DNA of 35,709 nt. Source: a virus. Taxonomy: Duplodnaviria; Caudoviricetes. This document shows, in pieces, positions 28,551 to 35,654 of the stretch. The notes beneath the pieces were generated by a model. That model made no database searches and had not been told where the DNA came from. It saw nothing but the letters and a program-made list of their open reading frames with translations. How positions within the stretch are numbered: position 1 is the stretch's first letter; each line of letters opens with the position of its first letter. Made by a program: the position numbers and the translations under genes. The stretch is from positions 1-35,709 of IMG/VR virus record IMGVR_UViG_3300010383_000020; one strand, written 5' to 3'.

Positions 28551-28759
28551 CCGTCGCCAGCTTCGGCCCCACCGCCCGCCGGCTCGCCCGCGAGGCGAGG
28601 GAGGCCGCGTCCACCGCCCGGGGGTCCGCCTTCATCCTCGAAGGCGGCGACCCCGATTCCGACGAAGCCCGGAGATTCCAGGACGCGGCCCGGCTGTTCG
28701 ATCAGGCCGCCGCCGCCCTGGCGACCCACCGAGAGAGGACCACCGTTGGCCAAAGGTAG
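28547..28759 (+). CDS. Hypothetical protein
   Basis: GTG 28547 after GGAGG, GTGA overlap. Confidence 0.5.
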   Translation: MTVASFGPTARRLAREAREAASTARGSAFILEGGDPDSDEARRFQDAARLFDQAAAALATHRERTTVGQR

Positions 28760-29492
28760 AGCGTTCGCCAAGCCCCTCGCCGTCAAGCGCACCGAGTTCG
28801 CGGGGGTCCTGTACGACTCGAAGGCGGAAGCCCAGCGGGCCGCCGCCCTCGCCCAGCTGCGGGACGCCGGCCTCGTCAAAGCCGTCTTCCGGCAGGTCAA
28901 GGCGGACGTCGGCGAGGCCGGGATCGACAAGCCGTATCGGATCGACTTCCTGGTGATCGCCCTGGACGCCGAGGGCGGCATCGAGGCGTGGGCCGAGGAC
29001 GTCAAGGGAGCCGACTCGCCGACGTTCCGGCGCCACGTCAAGCAATGGGAGCGGCGGGGCGGCATCCCGCTCCGCGTCTATCGCCGTGGGAAGCTGGCCG
29101 AGACGATCCCCGGCGGCCGGCGATACCACGAACCCGTCTGGAACGGGACCGTCGTCGACGGCATCGACTACGGGTCCAAGTACCGGGCCCAGATCGCCGA
29201 GGGGCTGTCCCAGCGGCGCATCTACGGTTCCGTCGCCGCGTGGTTCCGGGGCGTCGCCACGGGCGTCGAGGCCCTGCCCCAGGCCGCGTTCCTCGTCATC
29301 CCCTCGGGCGACCCGATGGCCGCGATCGTCACCGAATACGGCGAGCCCGAAGCCTGGATCGCCACCCCGGGGGGCGTGCTCCCCTCCTCGGCCGTCGACG
29401 CCTGGCGGGCGTCCGGCCCGGTCACCCTCTGCGTCCACGATTCGACCGCCCACAACGTCCGATGGCGCGTCCGCCCGGAGTCCTGGAAATGA
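28746..29492 (+). CDS. DUF1064-like PD-(D/E)XK nuclease with an extra C-terminal domain
   Basis: YDSKAEAQR...YRIDF...EDVKG. Confidence 0.75.
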   Translation: MAKGRAFAKPLAVKRTEFAGVLYDSKAEAQRAAALAQLRDAGLVKAVFRQVKADVGEAGIDKPYRIDFLVIALDAEGGIEAWAEDVKGADSPTFRRHVKQWERRGGIPLRVYRRGKLAETIPGGRRYHEPVWNGTVVDGIDYGSKYRAQIAEGLSQRRIYGSVAAWFRGVATGVEALPQAAFLVIPSGDPMAAIVTEYGEPEAWIATPGGVLPSSAVDAWRASGPVTLCVHDSTAHNVRWRVRPESWK

Positions 29493-29710
29493 CCCCGCTG
29501 ATCCTCGCATTCCTACTCGGCTTCTGGACCCTGCCTCTCGTCTTCGTCGCGTGGCGAGCCAAAGTCGAACTGCCGGAGTACTGGGCCAAGCGGCGATACG
29601 ATGGCGACGCCTGGCCCGAGTCCGCCGCCGTCGTCATCGTCGCCGTCGCCCTCGTGACCCTCGCCGCCCCCTACTTCATGTGCCGAGCCGCCCGCGCCGC
29701 ATTCTCATGA
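29489..29710 (+). CDS. Small two-TM membrane protein
   Basis: ATG 29489; two hydrophobic segments. Confidence 0.6.
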   Translation: MTPLILAFLLGFWTLPLVFVAWRAKVELPEYWAKRRYDGDAWPESAAVVIVAVALVTLAAPYFMCRAARAAFS

Positions 29711-29737
29711 GCCGCCCACGCCCCGGCCCCTCCCCCG

Positions 29738-29762
29738 CCCCGCCCTTCCGGCGGGGTTTTTT
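29738..29762 (+). terminator. Intrinsic terminator ending the early operon
   Basis: CCCCGCC-CTTCC-GGCGGGG followed by TTTTTT. Confidence 0.85.
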
Positions 29763-29770
29763 GTTGCGCC

Positions 29771-29799
29771 TTGATTGCTACACACCTTTTGAGTAGCCT
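29771..29799 (+). promoter_or_regulatory. Sigma70 promoter of the plasmid-maintenance operon with inverted repeat
   Basis: TTGATT-17 nt-TAGCCT; GCTAC...GTAGC inverted repeat 29777-29797. Confidence 0.65.
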
Positions 29800-29843
29800 G
29801 GATCCGTCCGACTGAACCGCACCAAGAATCGGAGGGTGGGGCC

Positions 29844-30047
29844 GTGGCCAAGACCGCGAAGAACGCATCCGGGGAAGCCGTCCAGGTCGCACGCCGGAAC
29901 GTGTTCCTCGACGCCCCGACCGAAGACGTGATCGCCCGCGTGATCGCCGAGGTCCGGGGCGTGGACAACCGATCGGCCGCGATTCGCTGGATGGCGGGCC
30001 CGGCCCTCGCGGAACTGGACCGGATCAAGGGGAGGTCGAACGCGTGA
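29844..30047 (+). CDS. CopG/RHH-like regulator
   Basis: RRNVFLD...NRSAAIRWM; GGAGG SD; upstream of rep. Confidence 0.7.
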   Translation: MAKTAKNASGEAVQVARRNVFLDAPTEDVIARVIAEVRGVDNRSAAIRWMAGPALAELDRIKGRSNA

Positions 30048-30141
30048 GTGTGCGCGCGCGTCACACTGGACAACAGTGAGCGGGCGCGGGAAGATGGGTC
30101 GCCCCAGGCGCAAACCTCGGGCCAAACGTTCGAAATGAAAA

Positions 30142-30173
30142 GACCCCGCCGGAGGGCCAACTCCAGCGGGGTC
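30142..30173 (-). terminator. Hairpin in the rep leader (candidate terminator of an antisense RNA)
   Basis: GACCCCGC/GCGGGGTC stem with inner GGAG/CTCC; T-run follows on the minus strand. Confidence 0.5.
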
Positions 30174-30197
30174 GAAAAAGCTTCTGAGGTAGAAGCC

Positions 30198-31067
30198 ATG
30201 ATCGCGCTATGCGCCGAGAAAGTCAAGCCCGCTTTCCCAATCCCATTCCAATTCCGGGCCGAGCCCGTCGGGCTCCGGGAATCCCGGAAGGTCAGCGGGT
30301 CCGCCGTCGCGCTGTTCACCGCGATCCTCGACGACGCCAAGCGTCGGGGCTGGCGATGCCGTCTCAGCAACGCCGCGCTCGCCGAGCGGATCGGCCGGAC
30401 GACGATGACCGTCAAGCGTCTCCTCGCCGAGCTTGAAGCGGCCGACATGGTGGCCCGGGACATGATCGCCGGGGGCCGCGTCCGCCTCGCGATCGTCGTG
30501 ACCTGGGAGGGGGTGGAACATTCCCGCTCCACCGACGTCCGTCCAGTGGAACATCCCCGATCCGGGGGTGGAACATCCCCGACCCAGGGGGTGGAACATT
30601 CCCGTTCCACGATTCAGAGCGTCCCACAGACTCAGATTCAAACCGCCCCGATCCTCCCCCCTCTCGGAGAAGACCCGGAGAGCCAGGTCCCCGACGGGCC
30701 GACGGCCGCGAGGATGCTCCGGGCGATGATCGCCAAGGGACGCGAGCCGGCCGCCCCGGCCGTCGCCACGGCCCCCCCCGCCCCGCCCCCGACGCCGGCC
30801 CCGAAGCCCTCGCCCGCGAAGGCCGCCCCCGTGCCCGAGGACGAAGCGAGGCGGGCCGTCGCGCGGATGGCCGGGGGGGTCTTCAAGGACGCCAGGCGGG
30901 CCGCGTGGGGGCCGCCGCCGGGCCGCCGCCGGATGACGCCCGCCGAGCTTCAAAGGCAGCTGGCCGAGGTCCGCAGGAAGTACGGGTCCTCCTCTCGACG
31001 AATCGCTCAACCGGCCGAGCCGTCGCGCCGATCTATCACCGACGTGGGCGGCGCGTACAGCCGCTAA
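30198..31067 (+). CDS. HTH replication initiator (Rep), putative
   Basis: ATG 30198 after GAGG; wHTH pattern LSNAALAERIGRTTMTVKRLLAELEAADMV; internal iterons; upstream of parAB. Confidence 0.75.
   Translation: MIALCAEKVKPAFPIPFQFRAEPVGLRESRKVSGSAVALFTAILDDAKRRGWRCRLSNAALAERIGRTTMTVKRLLAELEAADMVARDMIAGGRVRLAIVVTWEGVEHSRSTDVRPVEHPRSGGGTSPTQGVEHSRSTIQSVPQTQIQTAPILPPLGEDPESQVPDGPTAARMLRAMIAKGREPAAPAVATAPPAPPPTPAPKPSPAKAAPVPEDEARRAVARMAGGVFKDARRAAWGPPPGRRRMTPAELQRQLAEVRRKYGSSSRRIAQPAEPSRRSITDVGGAYSR
30513..30610 (+). repeat. Four iterons GTGGAACAT(T/C)CCCG inside rep (candidate plasmid origin)
   Basis: Starts 30513, 30546, 30568, 30591 (spacings 33, 22, 23). Confidence 0.85.
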
Positions 31068-31125
31068 ACACGGGTCGGGCCGTCGAGGCCGACCCGGCCC
31101 CCGAACCGGCTGTTTAGCGGCTCAA
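31056..31125. promoter_or_regulatory. Candidate parS: two KorB-operator-like palindromes around a hairpin
   Basis: TACAGCCGCTAAA 31056-31068 and TTTAGCGGCTCAA 31113-31125 versus RK2 OB TTTAGCSGCTAAA. Confidence 0.65.
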
Positions 31126-31152
31126 CTGGTCGCCGAACGGAGGGCGTCGAAC

Positions 31153-31971
31153 GTGATAGTCGTGACTTTGCTGAACCAGAAAGGCGGGGTCGGTAAGACG
31201 TCCTGCACCCACCATCTGTCCGGGGCCCTCGCGGCTTCGGGGAGGCGGGTCCTGATCGTCGACGCCGACCCGCAAGCCAGCCTCACGCAAGGCTGGTGGG
31301 GCCCCGAGGGCCTGGACGCCTTCGCCCCCTCGGAGACCGTGGCCGCGATCCTCGATGGGTCGCTCCCCTCGCCGTCGCGGCTCATCCGCCCGACCGGCCT
31401 GGACGGGCTCGCCATCGTCCCGGGGTCCGAGGCCGCCGCCAGCTTCAACACGCCCGATCCGCATTCGGTCGAACGCGAGCGGCGGGAGTCCATCCGCGAG
31501 TTCCTGGCCGAGGTCCGGGACGACTTCGACGTCACCCTGATCGACTGCCCCCCGAACCTCTACCTATGTTCCTTCGCGGCCCTGGCCGCGTCCGATTACA
31601 TGGTCGTCCCGGTCCAGCCGGAAGACTACGGGGCGCAGGGGATCGCCGCCGTCCATCGGTCCCTCGGGCTGGTCCAGAGCTTCGGGCATCCCGTGCGGCT
31701 TCTCGGCTACCTGCTGACGATGGTCCAGCCTCGCCGGGCCTTGCACCAGGTCTATGAGGCCAACCTCCGGAACGCCTACGGCTCGCAGGTCTTCGAAGCC
31801 CGCTTTCCCGATCTCCCAGACTATCCCGAGTCCATCGCCGCGCGGATGACCATCGGCCAGTACAAGCCGAAGGGGGCCGCGTCGAAGCATGTGAAGGCGA
31901 TCGCCGCCGAACTCATGGAGCGGATCGCGTCGGCGGAGCAGGGGGCTTGCGAAGAGGGGGTGGCCGCGTGA
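31153..31971 (+). CDS. parA: ParA/Soj partition ATPase
   Basis: NQKGGVGKT, VDADPQASLT, IDCPP. Confidence 0.97.
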   Translation: MIVVTLLNQKGGVGKTSCTHHLSGALAASGRRVLIVDADPQASLTQGWWGPEGLDAFAPSETVAAILDGSLPSPSRLIRPTGLDGLAIVPGSEAAASFNTPDPHSVERERRESIREFLAEVRDDFDVTLIDCPPNLYLCSFAALAASDYMVVPVQPEDYGAQGIAAVHRSLGLVQSFGHPVRLLGYLLTMVQPRRALHQVYEANLRNAYGSQVFEARFPDLPDYPESIAARMTIGQYKPKGAASKHVKAIAAELMERIASAEQGACEEGVAA

Positions 31972-32876
31972 GCAAGTTCGACAGGCTTCAAGCGTTCGCC
32001 GGGAACATCAACGCGTCCATCGGCAACCGGCCGGGGGCCCCCGGCCCGAGCGTCGCCCCGGCGGCGGTCCCCGCGAAGGAAGTGGGCGTCTCGCGCTCGC
32101 GGGACGCGATGGAGATCGAAGTGGAGCGGATCATCCCCGACCCCCACCAGCCCCGGAAAGAGTTCGAAGAAGAGCCCCTCGCGCGGCTCGCCGAATCCTT
32201 GAAGGGTAGGGGGCAACTCCAGCCGATCCAGGTCCGATGGAGCGCGGAAGCCGAGCGTTATATCGTCCTGACGGGCGAGCGTCGGTGGCGGGCGGCCCAG
32301 CTCGCGGGCCTCGCCAAGCTCCGATGCATCGTCCGCCCGGACGACGCCGACGCGTCCGACCGGCTCGTCGACCAGCTCGTCGAGAACTGCCTGCGCGAAG
32401 ACCTGACGCCGATGGAGCAGGCGAGGGCCTATCGGACGCTGATGGACGCCAAGGGATGGTCCGTCCGCCAGTTGGCCGAGGAACTGGCCATCTCCCCCGG
32501 CCGCGTGTCCCAGATGACCGCGTTGCTCTCGCTCCCCGAGCCGGTGCAGGCCCGGGTCGATCAGGGCGAATTGTCTTCGACCGCCGCCTATGAAATCTCG
32601 CGGCTCGACGACCCGGCCGCGCAAATCCGCCTCGCGGAGACGGCCGCCGAACAGAAGCTCACACGCGAGGACGTCGCCAAGCAAACCCGCCGGCCGCCGT
32701 CGAAGCGGAAGGCGTCCGCGAAGCTTCCCACGACGGCCGTTTTGCGGCTAAACGGATGCCGCATCGAGATCACCCGCAAGACGGGACTCGACCCGGCCGT
32801 CGTCTACGCCGCGTTGCTGGAGGCCGCCGAGAAGTATCGGCCGGAGCCGCTTTCGGCCGAGCAAGAGGCCGCCTGA
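31968..32876 (+). CDS. parB: ParB/Spo0J partition protein
   Basis: GTG 31968; QPRKEF, GQLQPI, GERRWRAA, ENCLREDL, HTH. Confidence 0.96.
   Translation: MSKFDRLQAFAGNINASIGNRPGAPGPSVAPAAVPAKEVGVSRSRDAMEIEVERIIPDPHQPRKEFEEEPLARLAESLKGRGQLQPIQVRWSAEAERYIVLTGERRWRAAQLAGLAKLRCIVRPDDADASDRLVDQLVENCLREDLTPMEQARAYRTLMDAKGWSVRQLAEELAISPGRVSQMTALLSLPEPVQARVDQGELSSTAAYEISRLDDPAAQIRLAETAAEQKLTREDVAKQTRRPPSKRKASAKLPTTAVLRLNGCRIEITRKTGLDPAVVYAALLEAAEKYRPEPLSAEQEAA
32740..32752. promoter_or_regulatory. Third parS-like palindrome inside parB
   Basis: TTTTGCGGCTAAA, one mismatch to TTTAGCGGCTAAA. Confidence 0.5.
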
Positions 32877-32900
32877 AGTATTCGCCCGAAAGGAGTCGAT

Positions 32901-33245
32901 ATGCCCCGGAAAGAGCCTCGCCCGCCTCGTCGCGAGATGTGGCCGCCGCGTCTTGAAACGGACCTGCTCCTCGTCTTCAAGGACGGCCCGAATCACGGGC
33001 TCATCCTTTCGGGCGAGGCGGTCTTGACGCTGCTGAACATCTCCGACAACGGCTATCTCCCGCCCATCGGGCACCGGGGCGTGATGAGGCCCGCGTGGTT
33101 CCAGTTCGGCGAACGCGAGTCGAGCCCTGAACGCGTGGCCGCCGCCTGGGAGCGGATCGGCCAGCCGGATCCTCCCAAGGTCGTGTATGAGGTCGAGTCG
33201 ACCGAGGACGACATCATCGTTTTCGCCTACAAGGGAGAGGCTTGA
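32901..33245 (+). CDS. Hypothetical protein
   Basis: AAGGAG SD, 114 aa. Confidence 0.65.
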   Translation: MPRKEPRPPRREMWPPRLETDLLLVFKDGPNHGLILSGEAVLTLLNISDNGYLPPIGHRGVMRPAWFQFGERESSPERVAAAWERIGQPDPPKVVYEVESTEDDIIVFAYKGEA

Positions 33246-33267
33246 CCGGGCTGCCTGAAACTCGAAA

Positions 33268-33300
33268 CGGCCCCGGCCCCGAAACACGGGGACGGGGCCG
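33268..33300. terminator. GC hairpin after the par operon
   Basis: CGGCCCCG/CGGGGCCG outer stem with inner CCCCG/CGGGG; no clear U-tract. Confidence 0.45.
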
Positions 33301-33575
33301 AGACGGACGGAGCAATTGGTAAAATCGGCCGCGCAGGAGAAATGCGCCTATCGTTACGATCTGCACAGCCAAAAAATCGCCGGACGGCCTAAACCGAATC
33401 CGCAACAGGGGCGATGTTGGTAAAGTAAGAGGTATGCCTCACACCCATATGACTCTGGCAACCCCGGCCTGACTGGACCTGCCCAGCGATCGCAGAATCT
33501 CGCCAGTTCTCGGCCCGGCACGATTGACCGCACGGACGAACATCAATTCGACGGACGCAGGCGAGGTTCCGGCCG

Positions 33576-34136
33576 ATGAGCGCTACATCCACCGAAGAGC
33601 AGGGGTGGCCCCCTTTCACCTATCAGGGGGCCACCTACGATCTTGCCCACCTTGAACCCTTCCCCCTCCTGTACACCACCTCGACGGATGGCGTCGAACT
33701 GACGCGGAACATCCTGGTCGAATTCACGGACCACTGTTTTACGGACAAGTTCGGCGACGGCGACGATCCGGATTTGCTCTACGTGGCGCGCGAGGGCAGG
33801 AAAGAGGGGAGCCGGTTCTGTTTCGACAGGTACAAGCTCTCGCTGACCCTCAGCGGGCACTTGAAGGCGATGGTGGACGGGAATGTCTACCAAGTCGAAT
33901 CCGACAGATACGCCGTCTTCCGAGACATCGTGCACGGCGGAAAGCAGGGGTTTTACGCCATCTACTTCACGATGGACAGGTGGTCGCGAGGCTACCACTT
34001 GAAGATGCGGGTACGAAGCGCGTTCGCCCGTCCGGACCGCCCGTACGACTACGGGAAAGTCCGCTTCAAGAATCTGGTCGACCTCAGGCTAAAAGGCGTT
34101 CACCCGAAGAAGATCCAAAGCCGGAAGCGGCGATGA
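33576..34136 (+). CDS. Accessory protein, putative BECR/RelE-like RNase toxin
   Basis: Less GC-rich, aromatic-rich: YDLAHL, FTDHCFT, RFCFDRYKLS, C-terminal MRVRSAF strand; fold call is inference. Confidence 0.55.
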   Translation: MSATSTEEQGWPPFTYQGATYDLAHLEPFPLLYTTSTDGVELTRNILVEFTDHCFTDKFGDGDDPDLLYVAREGRKEGSRFCFDRYKLSLTLSGHLKAMVDGNVYQVESDRYAVFRDIVHGGKQGFYAIYFTMDRWSRGYHLKMRVRSAFARPDRPYDYGKVRFKNLVDLRLKGVHPKKIQSRKRR

Positions 34137-34144
34137 CTTCGGGC

Positions 34145-34172
34145 AAAAAAAATAGGCCCCGAAGGGCCTATT
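34145..34172 (-). terminator. Intrinsic terminator on the minus strand
   Basis: AATAGGCCC-UUCG-GGGCCTATT running into a T-tract (A8 on plus, 34145-34152). Confidence 0.85.
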
Positions 34173-34437
34173 GAACGCTCCGTGGAGCGTCATGGGGCGA
34201 ACCTCTTCACCCGCCTCGCGGCAGGGTATCCGACCCGTTCGGGTCGAACTCGGCTTTGGGGCCGAGCGGGGCTGGCTATGCTCACGCCCTTATGTCCAGC
34301 GCTGTGGGCATCTTAACCCTGATAGGGTCGCCTGGGAAGTCCCAAGCCGGCCCTTTTCTTCCGTATTAAGGTCGTCGTTCGGGGCGAGACTCCTTTAATC
34401 ACCATACGAACGGCGGAAGAAATCCCGAACTCCCACC
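34145..34437 (-). ncRNA. Candidate highly structured ncRNA (~290 nt)
   Basis: At least 7 contiguous hairpins, possible pseudoknot, own terminator, CATAAT -10 at 34444-34449 (minus); no credible ORF. Confidence 0.6.
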
Positions 34438-34543
34438 AAGGAGATTATGGTTCCGTTTTCGCCGTCTGGACTTCGGTCGAGGCGGTTTGAATGACGTGAT
34501 TCGCGGCGGCGGATCACAAGCCCGCATGCAGAAAAGGAGTTCG

Positions 34544-34574
34544 GTCGCCCCCTTTCGGGGGCGTGGATTGAAAC
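34544..34574 (+). CRISPR. Solitary type I-C-like CRISPR repeat (no array, no cas genes)
   Basis: GTCGCCCCCTTTCGGGGGCGTGGATTGAAAC: GTCGC start, 7-bp stem, GTGGATTGAAAC end. Confidence 0.85.
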
Positions 34575-34602
34575 CACGGACATAATATCCCTTATCGGAC
34601 GC
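34575..34602 (-). other. XerC/XerD dif-like recombination site
   Basis: Minus strand GCGTCCGATAA-GGGATA-TTATGTCCGTG versus E. coli dif GGTGCGCATAA-TGTATA-TTATGTTAAAT; outer XerD arm degenerate. Confidence 0.7.
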
Positions 34603-34607
34603 GGGAA

Positions 34608-34976
34608 TCAGCCGGGCAGGGGGGCGACCCCGGGCCCGATGTTCGCCAGCTCGCAGTGCGAGTAGACGTAGAAGACGCCCCCGAGCGACCCGTCCGGCTT
34701 GAGGAATCGCACGGTCGCCGCCGTCGCCGGGTCGGCCGCGACCGCCTCGGGGATCGCGAACGCCTGGCAACCCGGCGAGGCGATCCCGAGGGGCGTCTCT
34801 CCCCGCCGGGCGTGGCGGGTGGCGTCGAAGACGGTCGACCATGCGCCGGTCGCGTGGTCGAAGTAGCGGGCCGCCGCGAGCGACCCGTCCGGGCGGACCG
34901 TCGAGCGGTGATACACGATCGCCAGGGGCGATTCCGAGGCGGCCCACAACGCGCGGGAAGAATAGCGGACGCTCAA
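34608..34976 (-). CDS. Hypothetical protein, last gene of the late operon
   Basis: TTG 34976 after AAAGGAG, TTGA overlap; PDGSL occurs twice. Confidence 0.65.
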   Translation of the reverse strand: MSVRYSSRALWAASESPLAIVYHRSTVRPDGSLAAARYFDHATGAWSTVFDATRHARRGETPLGIASPGCQAFAIPEAVAADPATAATVRFLKPDGSLGGVFYVYSHCELANIGPGVAPLPG

Positions 34977-35650
34977 GCGCAGGCTCCTTTGATCAGCAGT
35001 TCGCGGCGATCGCCCGCCGCCGTCGCGAGCCTCGCCCGGCGGGCGAGCCGCCACCCCCTCTCCCTCTCCGCGTCGTAGGCCCGGGGCGGGGTCCGCCCCG
35101 CCGGCCGGACGCGGACGCGGGGCTCGGCGTGGCCCCGCCTGGCGACCTTGCGGCCGAAGTCCTCGGCGTAGTCGGCCCCGAGCCGAGCGGCGACCGCCCC
35201 CCGGGCCTCGGCCGTTCGGCGCAGGGCCCAATGGACCCCCCGGCCGGCCGCCGCCCCCAGCTCGGCCGCCGTCGAGCCGTCGCGATACGCGCCGACCAAC
35301 AGCGCCGTGTCGAGCGGGCCCAGCGACTCGACGGCGAGGCGGACGTCGAGGGCTTCGGACGGGTCGAGGGCGGGCCGGTCGGCCCGCCACGCCGCCGCCT
35401 CCATCGCCGCCGCCTCGCGGGCCCGCTCGGCCGTCGCCCGGGCCCACGCGTCGGCGAACGCCTGCCGCGCGACGGAGACGACCAGCCCGGGCCCCGCCGG
35501 CCGGCCGCCGAGGCGTCGATGGAGCGACAACGCCGCCTCTTGCGCCAGGTCGTCCGCCTCGCACAGCGGGTCGCGGGGCCGGGCCCGGGCGAACGCCCCC
35601 GCCATGCGGCGGACGAGCCGCCGGCCCTCGTCGGACGCCGGGTCGATCAT
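34973..35650 (-). CDS. ECF/sigma70-like protein (regions 2 and 4)
   Basis: EADDLAQEAALSL (region 2); LGPLDTALLVGAYRDGSTAAELGAAAG (region 4). Confidence 0.65.
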   Translation of the reverse strand: MIDPASDEGRRLVRRMAGAFARARPRDPLCEADDLAQEAALSLHRRLGGRPAGPGLVVSVARQAFADAWARATAERAREAAAMEAAAWRADRPALDPSEALDVRLAVESLGPLDTALLVGAYRDGSTAAELGAAAGRGVHWALRRTAEARGAVAARLGADYAEDFGRKVARRGHAEPRVRVRPAGRTPPRAYDAERERGWRLARRARLATAAGDRRELLIKGACA

Positions 35651-35654
35651 CAGG

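Noticed and set aside
33531-33537. CACGGAC match between the post-repeat sequence and the toxin-like gene's upstream region (CreTA-style target)
   Set aside because: Only 7 nt, no TTC PAM, and the same 7-mer occurs elsewhere (near 7910 and 18220)
34145-34437. tRNA or tmRNA
   Set aside because: No cloverleaf with T-loop/CCA and no tag reading frame recognisable
34470-34660. A full CRISPR mini-array
   Set aside because: No second repeat at spacer distance; upstream GGCGGTTTGAATGAC is too weak a match
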